Source: Bacteroidales bacterium UBA1402 (GTDB lineage Bacteria; Bacteroidota; Bacteroidia; Bacteroidales; UBA1402). Taken from it: 64,000 bases of DNA. The notes under the pieces were generated by a model. It was given only the letters and a program-made list of their open reading frames with translations, searched no databases and was not told where the DNA came from. Of the stretch, positions 1-10,231 are shown piece by piece (position 1 is the stretch's first letter; the number at the start of each line of letters is the position of its first letter). The DNA lies in NCBI GenBank assembly GCA_002305085.1, contig DBQE01000009.1, positions 20,835 to 84,834 of the forward strand, written 5' to 3'. Made by a program: the position numbers and the translations under genes.

Positions 1-116
1 TTCTGGGAGAAGATGCCTTCTGGATGATTCTGCAAGAAAAAGATCCCACGCTCAACAAGGCTGTTTCGCTTATTCAAAATCTGGGGACTAACGTTCCTCT
101 TGACCATACTAGGTAA
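1..116 (+). CDS. 3' end of an upstream CDS (partial, product not determinable)
   Basis: Frame 3 is open from the window edge to TAA at 114-116 (LGEDAFWMILQEKDPTLNKAVSLIQNLGTNVPLDHTR*). Only 37 aa are visible. A Ctp/S41-type protease tail is a weak guess only. Confidence 0.3.
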   Translation, partial: LGEDAFWMILQEKDPTLNKAVSLIQNLGTNVPLDHTR

Positions 117-131
117 GTCCGTTAAATAGAG

Positions 132-680
132 ATGGAAAATCCGTCCGTGCAAAAAGAAAAGCTAAGAAAGACTCTGTGCTTACTTACAAAACAACAAGAC
201 CCCGCAGTGCTTGATAAAGAATCCAGGCTTATTTGCAACAAGCTGGAAGGGAGTCCTGAGTTTAAAGAAGCCCAAAACCTTTTGTTGTATTATTCCTTGC
301 CCGACGAAGTGAGTACTCTGGAATTGATCCAACGCTGGTACAAACACAAAAACATTCTGCTCCCTATAGTCGTAGACGAAAGCACCATGGTCTTGCGTCT
401 ATATACCGGAAAAAACACTTTGCAACTGAATCGCTGGGGTATAGCCGAACCCACCGGAGAAGATTTCTTGACTTACGACGAGATCGACCTGGCCGTTATT
501 CCCGGTGTGGCATTCGATAAACAAGGCTATAGATTGGGACGGGGTAAAGCATATTACGACCGTTTTTTGGGCCGGCTTCACTGTCCTGTGTTCGGCTTGT
601 GTTTTGCCCACCGCTATCTCAGGAACCTACCCGTTGAAGCCTGGGACGTCCCGGTTCAACGAGTGGTAAGCAGCATTTGA
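132..680 (+). CDS. 5-formyltetrahydrofolate cyclo-ligase (MTHFS)
   Basis: 182 aa with ATG at 132. Family-typical C-terminal half: GIAEPTGE...DLAVIPGVAFDKQGYRLGRGKAYYDRFL. Confidence 0.9.
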   Translation: MENPSVQKEKLRKTLCLLTKQQDPAVLDKESRLICNKLEGSPEFKEAQNLLLYYSLPDEVSTLELIQRWYKHKNILLPIVVDESTMVLRLYTGKNTLQLNRWGIAEPTGEDFLTYDEIDLAVIPGVAFDKQGYRLGRGKAYYDRFLGRLHCPVFGLCFAHRYLRNLPVEAWDVPVQRVVSSI

Positions 681-707
681 AGTTTTTGATTATGGATGCC
701 CACTCAA

Positions 708-2069
708 CTATTTTGCTTTATTCCCCTTTTTAGCAGCTCCTCCCTTTTTAACAGCTACCTGACGGTTGCCGGTGGGGCTTTCTTTTTTGTATTTCTTTAA
801 TTCCTTTTCGAGATCTGCAATTTTTAGTTCCTGGTTTTGTATGGTGGTCAATAAAGAATTTAATTCCTCGTTCCCCACCGATGAGGGGAACTGGGCGTTC
901 ACTCGCTCCATAAAGTCGCTCAGCACATTCATATAGTTTATAAAAGCTTCAAAGGGACTCTCGTAGGGGCTGAAGTAACGATACAAACCACCATCCGAAA
1001 AACTCTTTGTGCTCATATAATAAAAATGGTCGCTGGTCTGCAGGTAATTCCAGTCCAGATGCAAGCGGCGGTCTTTGCTCATCCGCACTCTTTCGGCCAC
1101 GCTATAGAGCTTATTGAAAGCCTCCTGCTGAAGGTCGTTCCCCAACCAGGCGCTCAAATCTCTCTCTTCGTCTGTCCAGGAGGTGGGGTTAGGAACACTG
1201 ATAGGGCCTGTTGCTTTTACCAGACTACTCACTTCGGAAGGTGTTGAGAACCCGATCCCTTTTTCAAAAGCGAACTTGGGCAGAGCCTTGAGAAACTCAA
1301 AAATGCCACTTTCCTTAGGTTGGAGGTTCCCGAAGGTTTCATAATTCATAAACAAATTGATAACCTGCTCTTTCTCCGGCGTTTTTTGAATCCAGTCGAT
1401 AAACTTTTCGGCCACCAATGGGTACTCGCTCCAATTGTAATTGGAAAAACGGAAAGCGATATCGTCGCTCAGCTTATCGTTCTTCAACAAAAGCTTCAGG
1501 TTGGGGTTTAAAGCACTGTGGTAGACAAAATTGGGGCTTTTCCACCCGAGCACAGCTTTGGCTCCCTCAGCGATAACGGTTTTGTAACCCATGGAATAGA
1601 TCATTTCTCCTAAATCGTCGGAATAGATCAATTCGGTGTTTCTAAAAGTCTTGGGCTTTTGGCCAAATAAGACCTCTATGCGTTTGCGGTGTTGCGTGAC
1701 CTGATTTTTAAATTCCTTTTCATCTACGATGGAAGACAGAGAATGAGCGTAGGTCTCACTCAGAAATTCGACTGCTCCGGTTTTGGCTAATTTCCGAAAA
1801 CTTTCGATGACTTCGGGGGCGTGTTGCTCCAATTGATCCAGAGCTACACCCGAAATGGAAAAAGCTACCCGGAATTTTCCTTCGCTCGACTGAATCAAGT
1901 CGTAGATAATCTGATTGGCCGGCAAAAAGGAATTGGCAGCAATTCGCTGAAGTATTTGCTCGTTGATGAAATCGTCGTAATAATAATGATCTGCACCTAT
2001 GTCAAAAAAGCGATATCGTTTAAGACGAAAAGGCTGGTGAATCTGGAAGTAAAAACAAATCGTTTTCAT
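708..2069 (-). CDS. Glycoside hydrolase family 57 (alpha-amylase-like)
   Basis: 453 aa. N-terminal FQIHQPFR (GH57 region 1), TFRNTEL and NYETFG segments. 17-nt gap to the upstream GT4 gene. Confidence 0.85.
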   Translation of the reverse strand: MKTICFYFQIHQPFRLKRYRFFDIGADHYYYDDFINEQILQRIAANSFLPANQIIYDLIQSSEGKFRVAFSISGVALDQLEQHAPEVIESFRKLAKTGAVEFLSETYAHSLSSIVDEKEFKNQVTQHRKRIEVLFGQKPKTFRNTELIYSDDLGEMIYSMGYKTVIAEGAKAVLGWKSPNFVYHSALNPNLKLLLKNDKLSDDIAFRFSNYNWSEYPLVAEKFIDWIQKTPEKEQVINLFMNYETFGNLQPKESGIFEFLKALPKFAFEKGIGFSTPSEVSSLVKATGPISVPNPTSWTDEERDLSAWLGNDLQQEAFNKLYSVAERVRMSKDRRLHLDWNYLQTSDHFYYMSTKSFSDGGLYRYFSPYESPFEAFINYMNVLSDFMERVNAQFPSSVGNEELNSLLTTIQNQELKIADLEKELKKYKKESPTGNRQVAVKKGGAAKKGNKAK

Positions 2070-2086
2070 AAGGCTTTATTTAATGA

Positions 2087-3352
2087 TTACTTTATTCCTA
2101 ACAGACGGTCGTAAATGGCTCTGACCTTTTTCCCGGCATACTCCCATTTGATCTCGTCCACTTCATTTTTGCCCTGAATCTTTAAGAATTCATGCATGGC
2201 AGGATTGGTGATTATTGAATAGATGGCATCGGCCATGGCATCAATATCCCAATAGTCGGTTTTAATGGCATAATTTAAGATTTCGGCACAACCGGATTGT
2301 TTCGAAATAATAGAAGGGACTCCTACCTGCATGGCTTCGAGCGGAGATATCCCAAAAGGCTCTGATACGGAAGGCATTACGTAAACATCACTCGATTTTA
2401 GCATTCTGTAAACCTGATTGCCTTTCAAAAAGCCCGGGAAATGAAACTTATCTGCAATTCCCCTCTTGGCCACCAGTTTTATCATGTCTTCCATCATGTC
2501 ACCGCTACCCGCCATTACAAAGCGGACCCCGGAGGTTTTCTGTAAAACGCGGCTGGCAGCTTCGACAAAATACTCCGGCCCCTTCTGCATGGTGATCCTA
2601 CCCAGGAAAGTGACAATCTTTTGATTTGTATGTCTTTCCGGTTGAATTTCCTCTATCGTTTTGCTTACTGGCTCAACAGCGTTATGAACGGCAGACACCT
2701 TGCGGGGATCCTGATGGTATTTACTAATCACAGTTTCTCTGGTCAGATTACTGACGCAAATAATGTGATCTGCGTGATCCATGCCGTTTTTTTCTATGCC
2801 GTAGACCTGTGGATTGACATTGCCCCGGCTGCGGTCGAAATCGGTGGCATGAACGTGGATGACCAAGGGTTTACCGCTGATGTTTTTGGCATGAATGCCT
2901 GCAGAATAGGTGAGCCAATCGTGCGAATGGATTATATCGTGTTGCTCGGTACGGGCAATAACCCCTGCACAAATGGAATAGTTGTTGATCTCTTCCATCA
3001 GATTGTCGGGGTAACGTCCGGAAAACTCGATACAACCCAAGTCGTTAGTGTATAAATACCTGAAATCGGCATAGATATGATCCCTCATATTGTAATAGTC
3101 CTGAGGACTCATATAAGAACCGAAACGACTTTCCAGGTGTTCCCAAGAAACATCTCTCCAAACCACCGGCGTGTTACAGGCTCCGATAATTTTGACGAAA
3201 CTCTGGTCCTCGTCTCCGTGAGGTTTGGGAATGACAAAAACAAGATCCATATCTTCTTGCATGGCCATTCCTTTGGTCAATCCATAACTGGCCGTTCCTA
3301 AACCGCCCAGAATATGTGGAGGGAATTCCCAGCCAAACATAAGTGCTCTCAT
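2087..3352 (-). CDS. GT4-family glycosyltransferase (glycogen-synthase-like)
   Basis: 421 aa. N-terminal WEFPPHILGGLGTASYGL loop and C-terminal GT-B signature MPSVSEPFGISPLEAM. The ATG overlaps the stop of the upstream debranching-enzyme gene (ATGA at 3349-3352). Confidence 0.85.
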   Translation of the reverse strand: MRALMFGWEFPPHILGGLGTASYGLTKGMAMQEDMDLVFVIPKPHGDEDQSFVKIIGACNTPVVWRDVSWEHLESRFGSYMSPQDYYNMRDHIYADFRYLYTNDLGCIEFSGRYPDNLMEEINNYSICAGVIARTEQHDIIHSHDWLTYSAGIHAKNISGKPLVIHVHATDFDRSRGNVNPQVYGIEKNGMDHADHIICVSNLTRETVISKYHQDPRKVSAVHNAVEPVSKTIEEIQPERHTNQKIVTFLGRITMQKGPEYFVEAASRVLQKTSGVRFVMAGSGDMMEDMIKLVAKRGIADKFHFPGFLKGNQVYRMLKSSDVYVMPSVSEPFGISPLEAMQVGVPSIISKQSGCAEILNYAIKTDYWDIDAMADAIYSIITNPAMHEFLKIQGKNEVDEIKWEYAGKKVRAIYDRLLGIK

Positions 3353-5307
3353 CCTTGTGTGGTATTAGCTGACATTACTTTAATTATTTGTTTTATCCGG
3401 AGTATCTCCGCAACACTCATGGCAAAGGAGACTGCTCCTCTGCCCCAGTAGGGAGGATTTCCGTCGTACAGTTCCGAAATAGTGCCTATGCCTCTGTCAG
3501 TCAGATCATCTTCAAAGCCATAAATAATGCGTTCTGCAAAGTTTAACCCGCGAATTTTATGAACTTTGAGGTAAGCTTCAACATATGGACCGATCAGCCA
3601 GGCCCAGGCTGTCCCCTGATGATATGCCCAGGTCCTGCGACTTTCGGATCCCTGGAATATAGGATTATAACCCAAACTCTTAGGGCTGAGTGTTCGTAAG
3701 CCCTTAGGTGTGAGTAATTCCTTGGTGACGATGTCGAGTACCTGTTTTTTTTGCATCTTGTCCAAAGGTGAAAAATCGAGCGAGACTGCAAAAATCTGAT
3801 TAGGACGAACGCTCCAATCTATCGTCTGCCCGTCCACAAAATCGTACAAATAACCGAAATCGTTGCGGAATACTTCTACAAAAGAGACTCCGGCCTTCTG
3901 TGCAAGTTCCGAGTATTTGGCTTGTAATTTCGCCTTGCCGGCCAGGGCGGCCATTTCTGAGGCAAAGCAAAGGGCGTTATACCACAAAGCATTGAATTCA
4001 ACCAAATAACCGGTTCTCGGCACCAGAGGTTTGCCGTACATCGTGGAATTCATCCAGCTGACAGGTTGCTCTTTGCCGTTGGTAAAGAGCAATCCGTTAT
4101 TGTGCAAAATAAGCTTATCGTGCTTTTGACCGATTATAAAATCCAGCGCATCAAACAGCAATTTATTGTATTTTCCGGCGCATTTTTCCGTGCCCTGATC
4201 TTTGGCGTATTGTTGAAGAGCCCATATCATCCACAACAAGACATCCGGTGCATCTATTTCAGTAATTGCACAATCGATTGGTTTGTGTTCCATAAAGTTT
4301 CGCAACCCTTTTTCGCCGGTTTCCATTATGGCATCAAATAAACCGGGATCCTCCGCTGCGAGGGTACAACCGGGAAGAGAAACAAACATATCCCTTGCCC
4401 GGCATTCAAACCAGGGGTAACCTGCCAGCAGGTAACGCTGTCCGTCGGGATGTTTGTTGTAAAACTGGTAAGCCGCGTTTTTCAGGCTGTTGGTAAAACT
4501 GTTTCTGGGTGTACGAATTGACTTTTCTTCCTCAAACATCTTCTGCATAGTTGCAGGCTGGATAGCTGAAATACCCGCCGAAAAATATATGCTTTCGTCT
4601 TTTTTAATAGGCAATTCAAAATAACCCGGAACAAACAAGTCCTCTTTGAAATCATAGCCTCTTTCCTGCTCTTTCAAATATTCTATATTCCTGTACCAGT
4701 CGGGAGAATAGTGAAATTCATTTTCTGCGGACAATTGCATATGCAACTCGGGATAACCATTGTAAAGACAAAGTTTAATCCCGTTATCCACAAGTTGATA
4801 TTCTTTATTTGCATAATTGTTTTCCTTACACAGGTCATTAATGCTGCGAAAAGCCAAAAAAGGTCTCAGCCTGAGTTTGGTGGGAGAATGCGCTTCGAGT
4901 AAAGTATATTTTATCAGTATGCGGTTCTCGTGCGAAACAAATATTTTTTCCTTAGAAAGAATTACACCTCCCACACGGTAAATAGTCGAAGGATTGGAAT
5001 CGCATTCAAATTCGCGAATGTATTTATGTCCCTGAGGGCTGTAATTGTCTCCTTCGTATTTGTGCAAACCAAGGTTGAATTCTGCTCCGTGTTGAATGAC
5101 GGTCGTATCCAGAGAAGAAATCAGCACGTGATTTTTCCCGTCCAGCTCAGGAACGGGAATCACCAACAAACCATGATATTTCCTGGTATTACAGTCGACT
5201 ATGGTCGAATAGCTGTAGGCTCCCGATTTGTTGGTTTGCAGCAACTCTTTGGTCAACGATTGCTGTAAGTTGACCATTAGGGCTTTGTCAAATTTCAAAT
5301 AGGTCAT
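3349..5307 (-). CDS. Glycogen debranching enzyme / amylo-alpha-1,6-glucosidase family protein
   Basis: 652 aa. The N-terminal region resembles the GDE N-terminal domain. The C-terminal region is (alpha/alpha)6-like (WYNALCF..., HQGTAWAWLIGPYVEAY). First gene of a GDE-GT4-GH57 operon. Confidence 0.8.
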   Translation of the reverse strand: MTYLKFDKALMVNLQQSLTKELLQTNKSGAYSYSTIVDCNTRKYHGLLVIPVPELDGKNHVLISSLDTTVIQHGAEFNLGLHKYEGDNYSPQGHKYIREFECDSNPSTIYRVGGVILSKEKIFVSHENRILIKYTLLEAHSPTKLRLRPFLAFRSINDLCKENNYANKEYQLVDNGIKLCLYNGYPELHMQLSAENEFHYSPDWYRNIEYLKEQERGYDFKEDLFVPGYFELPIKKDESIYFSAGISAIQPATMQKMFEEEKSIRTPRNSFTNSLKNAAYQFYNKHPDGQRYLLAGYPWFECRARDMFVSLPGCTLAAEDPGLFDAIMETGEKGLRNFMEHKPIDCAITEIDAPDVLLWMIWALQQYAKDQGTEKCAGKYNKLLFDALDFIIGQKHDKLILHNNGLLFTNGKEQPVSWMNSTMYGKPLVPRTGYLVEFNALWYNALCFASEMAALAGKAKLQAKYSELAQKAGVSFVEVFRNDFGYLYDFVDGQTIDWSVRPNQIFAVSLDFSPLDKMQKKQVLDIVTKELLTPKGLRTLSPKSLGYNPIFQGSESRRTWAYHQGTAWAWLIGPYVEAYLKVHKIRGLNFAERIIYGFEDDLTDRGIGTISELYDGNPPYWGRGAVSFAMSVAEILRIKQIIKVMSANTTQG

Positions 5308-5507
5308 AACAGTACATGTTTTGCTTATTGCGATTAATAACCTGCATTAGTAACAAATCCTGTGTACTTATGCAAAAAAAACGATAGACGAAGATAAGTT
5401 TTTTTTGGGAATTACAAGCGACAAGATCCTAAATAAAGAGCAAAAAGAATATGTTTTACATCATCTTTTAGCCTGTTTTTGGCCGGTTTGCTCTTTATGG
5501 CGGGGAT

Positions 5508-5540
5508 TTTGTTGACAATTGCAGAATTTTAGTACTTTTG
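5508..5540 (+). promoter_or_regulatory. Bacteroidetes-type promoter (-33 TTTG 5508-5511, -7 TACTTTTG 5533-5540)
   Basis: Matches TTTG-N21-TAnnTTTG. The box ends 39 nt upstream of ATG 5580. Confidence 0.55.
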
Positions 5541-5579
5541 CATTCTCATTTTATACATTTACTCACGACACTCCGCACT

Positions 5580-6572
5580 ATGGAAAAACGACAAAAAGAA
5601 CTCAATCTTTCCGAACTTCTGGTGCTTTTGTTCAAAAGTATCGGCAATTTGATCAAGTGGCTGTGGAATCTTTTTATACAAGCTTTGCGCTTGAGCTACC
5701 GAAAAAAATGGATTGTTCTGGCATCTATTGTGGCCGGACTTGCATGGGGATATTTTGCTTCCACACCCGATAAACAGATACATAAAGCGTCCATCACGCT
5801 AAAAACCGTCATTAAAGGGAGTCCATACAGCAAAGATTTTATTAAAACATTGAATGCCGATTGCGGGAAAAAAGACAAGAGCAGTTTTGCAAAAAAACTG
5901 AATATCTCCGAAGATGAAGCCAAAAAAATTGTCTCCCTAAAATCTTTCTATCTAGTTGACATCAGTACTGATGGTATTATTGACCAGGTCGATTACAAAG
6001 AAAGTTTTAAAGGTGACACAGTCAACACTTGGAGTGGTAATTACTTATACGTTGAAATTTTATCCAAAGATGAAACACTATTTCCTACAATAAGGGAAGG
6101 CATCGTCTACGCATTGAACAATGATGCATCTGTGCAAAAAGAGAAAGCCTTCATGAATATGCAACATTCCGACTGGATTTCTATGCTTGATGAAGAATTG
6201 GAAAAGATCAAGGAATTACAATCAAAAATGTTTGCAGAAGACGTAAGCAACATCACTTCTCTGAGTTTAAGACAAAAGCCCAAACAACAATGGTCCGATC
6301 CCAACGTAATGACTGTGTTGGGCGAAACAAAAATGCAAATGTTTACCCAAGACAAAGTTCGCTCCATGGAGGCTATAAATAGTCATAAGCGTGCGATTAA
6401 AGAACTTGACGAAGGCGCCATACGCGTAGAATTACCCATTTTATACCTGGGAGTGACAAATCCCCGGTACAAAGTGATGATCGTGCGAGCTTTCCTATGC
6501 TATCTTTTGGGCCTGGGACTCTGCGCTTACCTGGAAAACCGTAAAAGGATCATTGCTTTTCTGGAAGCATAA
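5580..6572 (+). CDS. Hypothetical bitopic membrane protein with Wzz/PCP-like topology
   Basis: ATG at 5580; the track start 5538 is TTG inside the -7 box. One N-terminal TM (WIVLASIVAGLAWGYF), a ~260-aa charged and coiled region, and one C-terminal TM (VMIVRAFLCYLLGLGLCAYL). No catalytic motif recognised. Sampled 60-nt lines give about 32-35% GC. Confidence 0.6.
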   Translation: MEKRQKELNLSELLVLLFKSIGNLIKWLWNLFIQALRLSYRKKWIVLASIVAGLAWGYFASTPDKQIHKASITLKTVIKGSPYSKDFIKTLNADCGKKDKSSFAKKLNISEDEAKKIVSLKSFYLVDISTDGIIDQVDYKESFKGDTVNTWSGNYLYVEILSKDETLFPTIREGIVYALNNDASVQKEKAFMNMQHSDWISMLDEELEKIKELQSKMFAEDVSNITSLSLRQKPKQQWSDPNVMTVLGETKMQMFTQDKVRSMEAINSHKRAIKELDEGAIRVELPILYLGVTNPRYKVMIVRAFLCYLLGLGLCAYLENRKRIIAFLEA

Positions 6573-6659
6573 CAACCATCCGGACTGCCCAGATCATTTC
6601 ACTGGAAAACCGAAAGTTAAGGACAATTGTAGTTGGCAGAAACCTGCTGAAAAAAGGTA

Positions 6660-8411
6660 CTACAGACCCAAAGATTTCATTATCTTCTTAAATTTTTCTT
6701 CGGCCAACTTGCATTTGGCGGGATATTCAGAGTGCGATTTCAACACATCGCGTACTTCGATGTAAAATTTAATCTTAGGTTCCGTACCCGAAGGACGTAT
6801 AGACACCTTTGTTCCGTCCAGGCTGAAGTATTGTAACACATTGGAGGTTTCCGGCATTTTAAGATCAAAACTTTCTCCGCTTTCAGGCTTATAAGCTTTC
6901 AGGCCCATATAATCCTTAACCAAAATTACCGGAGAACCCGCCAGTTCATTCACCGGCTTGGATCTAAAATTGTCCATCATGGACTTGATTTGTTCAGCTC
7001 CCGATTTCCCTTTTTTAACAACGGAAATGCCTTTCTCTCTCGAAAAACCGTATTCCATGTAAATATCCAGCAACAATTCATACAAGCTTTTCCCTTGTTC
7101 TTTGGCCCAAGCAAGTATTTCGGCCATCAAAGCACAGGACGAAACAGCGTCTTTGTCGCGAACAAAATCCTGAGGCAGGAAGCCATAACTTTCCTCACCT
7201 CCGCCTATGTATTGCCGTTTACCTTCGAATTCCCTGATTACAGCCGCTATCCATTTAAAGCCGGTATACGTGTCAAACATATCCACCTTATGCCTGTCGG
7301 CAATTTCTTTGATCAATTCGGTAGTAACTATGGTTTTGACAATAAACTCCTTGCCGCTTTCGAGCATCCCCAGCTCGGAACGTCTTTTAATCAGGTAGTA
7401 GATAAAGATAAGGGCGGTCTGATGTCCGTTGACCAGCATCCATTCTTCCCGGTCGTTTTTGATCGCTATTCCGAGGCGGTCGGAATCCGGATCGGAAGCC
7501 ATTACAATATCGGCATCTACTTCGGCCGCTCTTTTCAGCGCCAACGACAAAGCTGCCGGTTCTTCGGGATTGGGCGAAACAACCGTAGGAAAGTCCCCGC
7601 TGACCACATCCTGTTCGGGCACATTGATGATGTTTTTGAAACCAAAAGCCCGGAGACAAGCAGGAATAATTCTGACACCGGTACCGTGAATGGGTGTATA
7701 TACTATTTTCAGGTCTTCGTGTTTTCGAATGGCCTCGGGCGATAGAGAAATGGTCTTGATCTGTTTAATGTATTTCTCATCGATCTCGGCGCCAATCAAC
7801 TTAATGAGTTCCTTATTTCCCTCAAAGCGGACAGAGCTGATATCCTTGATAGCCTGTACTTCGTTAATGATATTGTGATCGTGAGGAGGCACCACCTGAG
7901 CCCCGTCGTCCCAATAAGCTTTATAACCGTTGTATTCCTTAGGATTGTGCGAAGCCGTCAATATAACTCCGCTCTGGCATTTCAGATGACGTATGGCAAA
8001 AGACACTTCGGGGGTGGGACGTAAATCGTCGAATAAATACACATAAATGCCGTTGGCCGAAAATACGTCGGCACAGATTTCTGCAAAAAAACGGCTGTTG
8101 TTTCTGCAATCGTACCCGATTACCACAGAGATCCGGGGCAAGTGAGCAAAAGATTTATTCAGATAATTGGCCAAGCCCTGAGTGGCGGCTCCAACTGTGT
8201 ACTGATTCACTCTGTTGCTGCCGGGTCCCATTATTCCACGTAGCCCACCTGTACCGAATTCCAGGTCCTTGTAAAAAGATTCAATTAATTCTGTTTTATC
8301 TTCCTTATCAAGCATAGCTTGAACTGCAGCCCTGGTTTGCTCATCGTAATCCTCTGTCAGCCAACGCTTGGCTTTGGCTGTGACTTCTTTTATCAACTGT
8401 CTGTTTTCCAT
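6660..8411 (-). CDS. pgm: Phosphoglucomutase / phosphomannomutase (PgcA-type, alpha-D-phosphohexomutase)
   Basis: 583 aa. Phosphoserine loop TASHNPKEYNGYK, metal loop ASDPDSDR and sugar loop GGEESYG. Confidence 0.9.
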   Translation of the reverse strand: MENRQLIKEVTAKAKRWLTEDYDEQTRAAVQAMLDKEDKTELIESFYKDLEFGTGGLRGIMGPGSNRVNQYTVGAATQGLANYLNKSFAHLPRISVVIGYDCRNNSRFFAEICADVFSANGIYVYLFDDLRPTPEVSFAIRHLKCQSGVILTASHNPKEYNGYKAYWDDGAQVVPPHDHNIINEVQAIKDISSVRFEGNKELIKLIGAEIDEKYIKQIKTISLSPEAIRKHEDLKIVYTPIHGTGVRIIPACLRAFGFKNIINVPEQDVVSGDFPTVVSPNPEEPAALSLALKRAAEVDADIVMASDPDSDRLGIAIKNDREEWMLVNGHQTALIFIYYLIKRRSELGMLESGKEFIVKTIVTTELIKEIADRHKVDMFDTYTGFKWIAAVIREFEGKRQYIGGGEESYGFLPQDFVRDKDAVSSCALMAEILAWAKEQGKSLYELLLDIYMEYGFSREKGISVVKKGKSGAEQIKSMMDNFRSKPVNELAGSPVILVKDYMGLKAYKPESGESFDLKMPETSNVLQYFSLDGTKVSIRPSGTEPKIKFYIEVRDVLKSHSEYPAKCKLAEEKFKKIMKSLGL

Positions 8412-8423
8412 AGCTTATTTGTA

Positions 8424-10229
8424 TTATTCTGCGTTAAACATCCACTCCCTGTAATTTTCATTGCCACACTTATCCTTTACATAAATCTGCAAAAGATTGC
8501 CCACCGGCAACAAACCAATCCGCTCGTCTTTTAAATCGGCCGTCAAGGTATTGGTCTTGTAATCGTATTCAAACAAAACCCACTTAGCGTTGATAGTACA
8601 GCGGTAAGTGTCTAAGCCCGATTCATCGTCACGGACAAGTATGCGAATTAAAGTATTATTTTGGTTCTTTTCAAGTTGAGGATGAAAAATTTTTGGAGGC
8701 AGACTGTCGCCTAATACGACATAATTCCCAAAGTTCAGGATTTCACCTTCCATAAAACCCTCTGTATATGTTGCTTCTATATATTCTATCTTATTATTGG
8801 ATAATATTCTGACCAGATAGTAGCGATTCTTTTCACTTAAAATGTCGTCGTTAATCTTTATACGGATAAACGCCGCCTGATGCAGCGGAACAGTGGGATG
8901 GTGAATTTTGTGTACACCCGTGTATAAACGATGATTTCTGAGCCCGGGATTCTTAACATTCTTCGGAGGTGTATAATCGTACTCGAAAGCCAGCTTATTG
9001 TAAAACGAAGCTACCGGAAACTCCAGATATATGTCTTTGGAGGTATAGGTGTTTTTGTATGCCGGATAAAAAAATAAAGCCGTGGTGTCTTCCTGAGGAA
9101 AAGGAAGCTGTTTACCCTGCAATTTAAAACGGTACTCGGCTTTGTTCCCCGATATATCGTACAATTCGTATGTAAAATCGTATTCCCGCTCTTGATTTAC
9201 ATCAATGTGACCGTTGTTGATCTTAACCGGATAAATATCGAGCTTATTGAAAGGCTCCACAAAAGATTTCATAATCCAGGAACGGTTTTGCACCCACTCT
9301 TCATAATCGACCAAGGCATTCAAATAACGGCTTTCCTCGAAAGAAAAGCGGCCTATGTCTTGCTGAAATATTTCTTCACCATCCAGGAATAAGCGAATCC
9401 GGCTCAAACCGTATAGATTGTTGGTGCCGTTCATATAGTTGTAGGCTTTAATACCCAAGCCTATTTTGCCCCAGACCAAGGGTAATTTGCTGTCTGGAGC
9501 TACTGTCCCACCCTGTCCGAACTGTATTATTTCTTTTGCAGACAGCCGTCCGCCGTGATTTAGCAAAATTCCCTGCCCATCAATAGCATAGATGGCCAAG
9601 GCCAACATTTTCGGAGGACTGGTGTCTTTGATGCGATCCTTATACCAAAACATGGGATCGACCGGGTCTTCGGATTCCGTCTGACGAATTTCGAAATGCA
9701 AATGGGGGCCGCCCGAGCTACCTGTATTTCCGCTATACCCTATCAACTCACCGCGCTCAACGGGTATTTGTTCATCGGAAAACAACAAATTCTGCTCATA
9801 AGACTCAGCCGCATATTGGGCCGCTTTAACTATAGAATCCAACCTTGGAGAAAAAGATTCTAAATGCCCGTAAACACTGGTATAACCATTGGGATGATCT
9901 AAATAAACAGCCTTTCCGAATCCTTTTACACGTATGCTGACACGCGAAACAAAAGCCGGAGCTATAGCATATACCGGTTTATCAATCACACCCTGAGTTT
10001 TAAAATCCAGGCCGGAATGAAAGTGATCCTCGCGTAATTCGCCGAAATTGGCACTGAGGTAGGGAGGAATACGTAAGGGTAAATCGAAATAAGAAGGTGA
10101 GATACTGTCCTGCAACCTATGCGACTGCACAAATAAAACAGCTTGCTCCAACAAATCAGCCTTGTCTTTTTGCGCATTAAGAATAAAAGCAACACAAGCC
10201 GACAACACTAATAATGTAAGCCGCTTCAT
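8424..10229 (-). CDS. M23/LytM-family metallopeptidase (large, secreted or lipoprotein)
   Basis: HSGLDFKT and GSSGGPHLHFEIR zinc motifs. N-terminal MKRLTLLVLSAC. ATG at 10229; the track start 10235 is GTG. Confidence 0.85.
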   Translation of the reverse strand: MKRLTLLVLSACVAFILNAQKDKADLLEQAVLFVQSHRLQDSISPSYFDLPLRIPPYLSANFGELREDHFHSGLDFKTQGVIDKPVYAIAPAFVSRVSIRVKGFGKAVYLDHPNGYTSVYGHLESFSPRLDSIVKAAQYAAESYEQNLLFSDEQIPVERGELIGYSGNTGSSGGPHLHFEIRQTESEDPVDPMFWYKDRIKDTSPPKMLALAIYAIDGQGILLNHGGRLSAKEIIQFGQGGTVAPDSKLPLVWGKIGLGIKAYNYMNGTNNLYGLSRIRLFLDGEEIFQQDIGRFSFEESRYLNALVDYEEWVQNRSWIMKSFVEPFNKLDIYPVKINNGHIDVNQEREYDFTYELYDISGNKAEYRFKLQGKQLPFPQEDTTALFFYPAYKNTYTSKDIYLEFPVASFYNKLAFEYDYTPPKNVKNPGLRNHRLYTGVHKIHHPTVPLHQAAFIRIKINDDILSEKNRYYLVRILSNNKIEYIEATYTEGFMEGEILNFGNYVVLGDSLPPKIFHPQLEKNQNNTLIRILVRDDESGLDTYRCTINAKWVLFEYDYKTNTLTADLKDERIGLLPVGNLLQIYVKDKCGNENYREWMFNAE

Positions 10230-10231
10230 CC

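Noticed and set aside
5373-5407. Inverted repeat CAAAAAAAAC-N15-GTTTTTTTTG upstream of the GDE operon
   Set aside because: It is a pure A/T stem with negligible stability. No gene ends here, so it is not a terminator. It is probably just homopolymer-rich promoter DNA.
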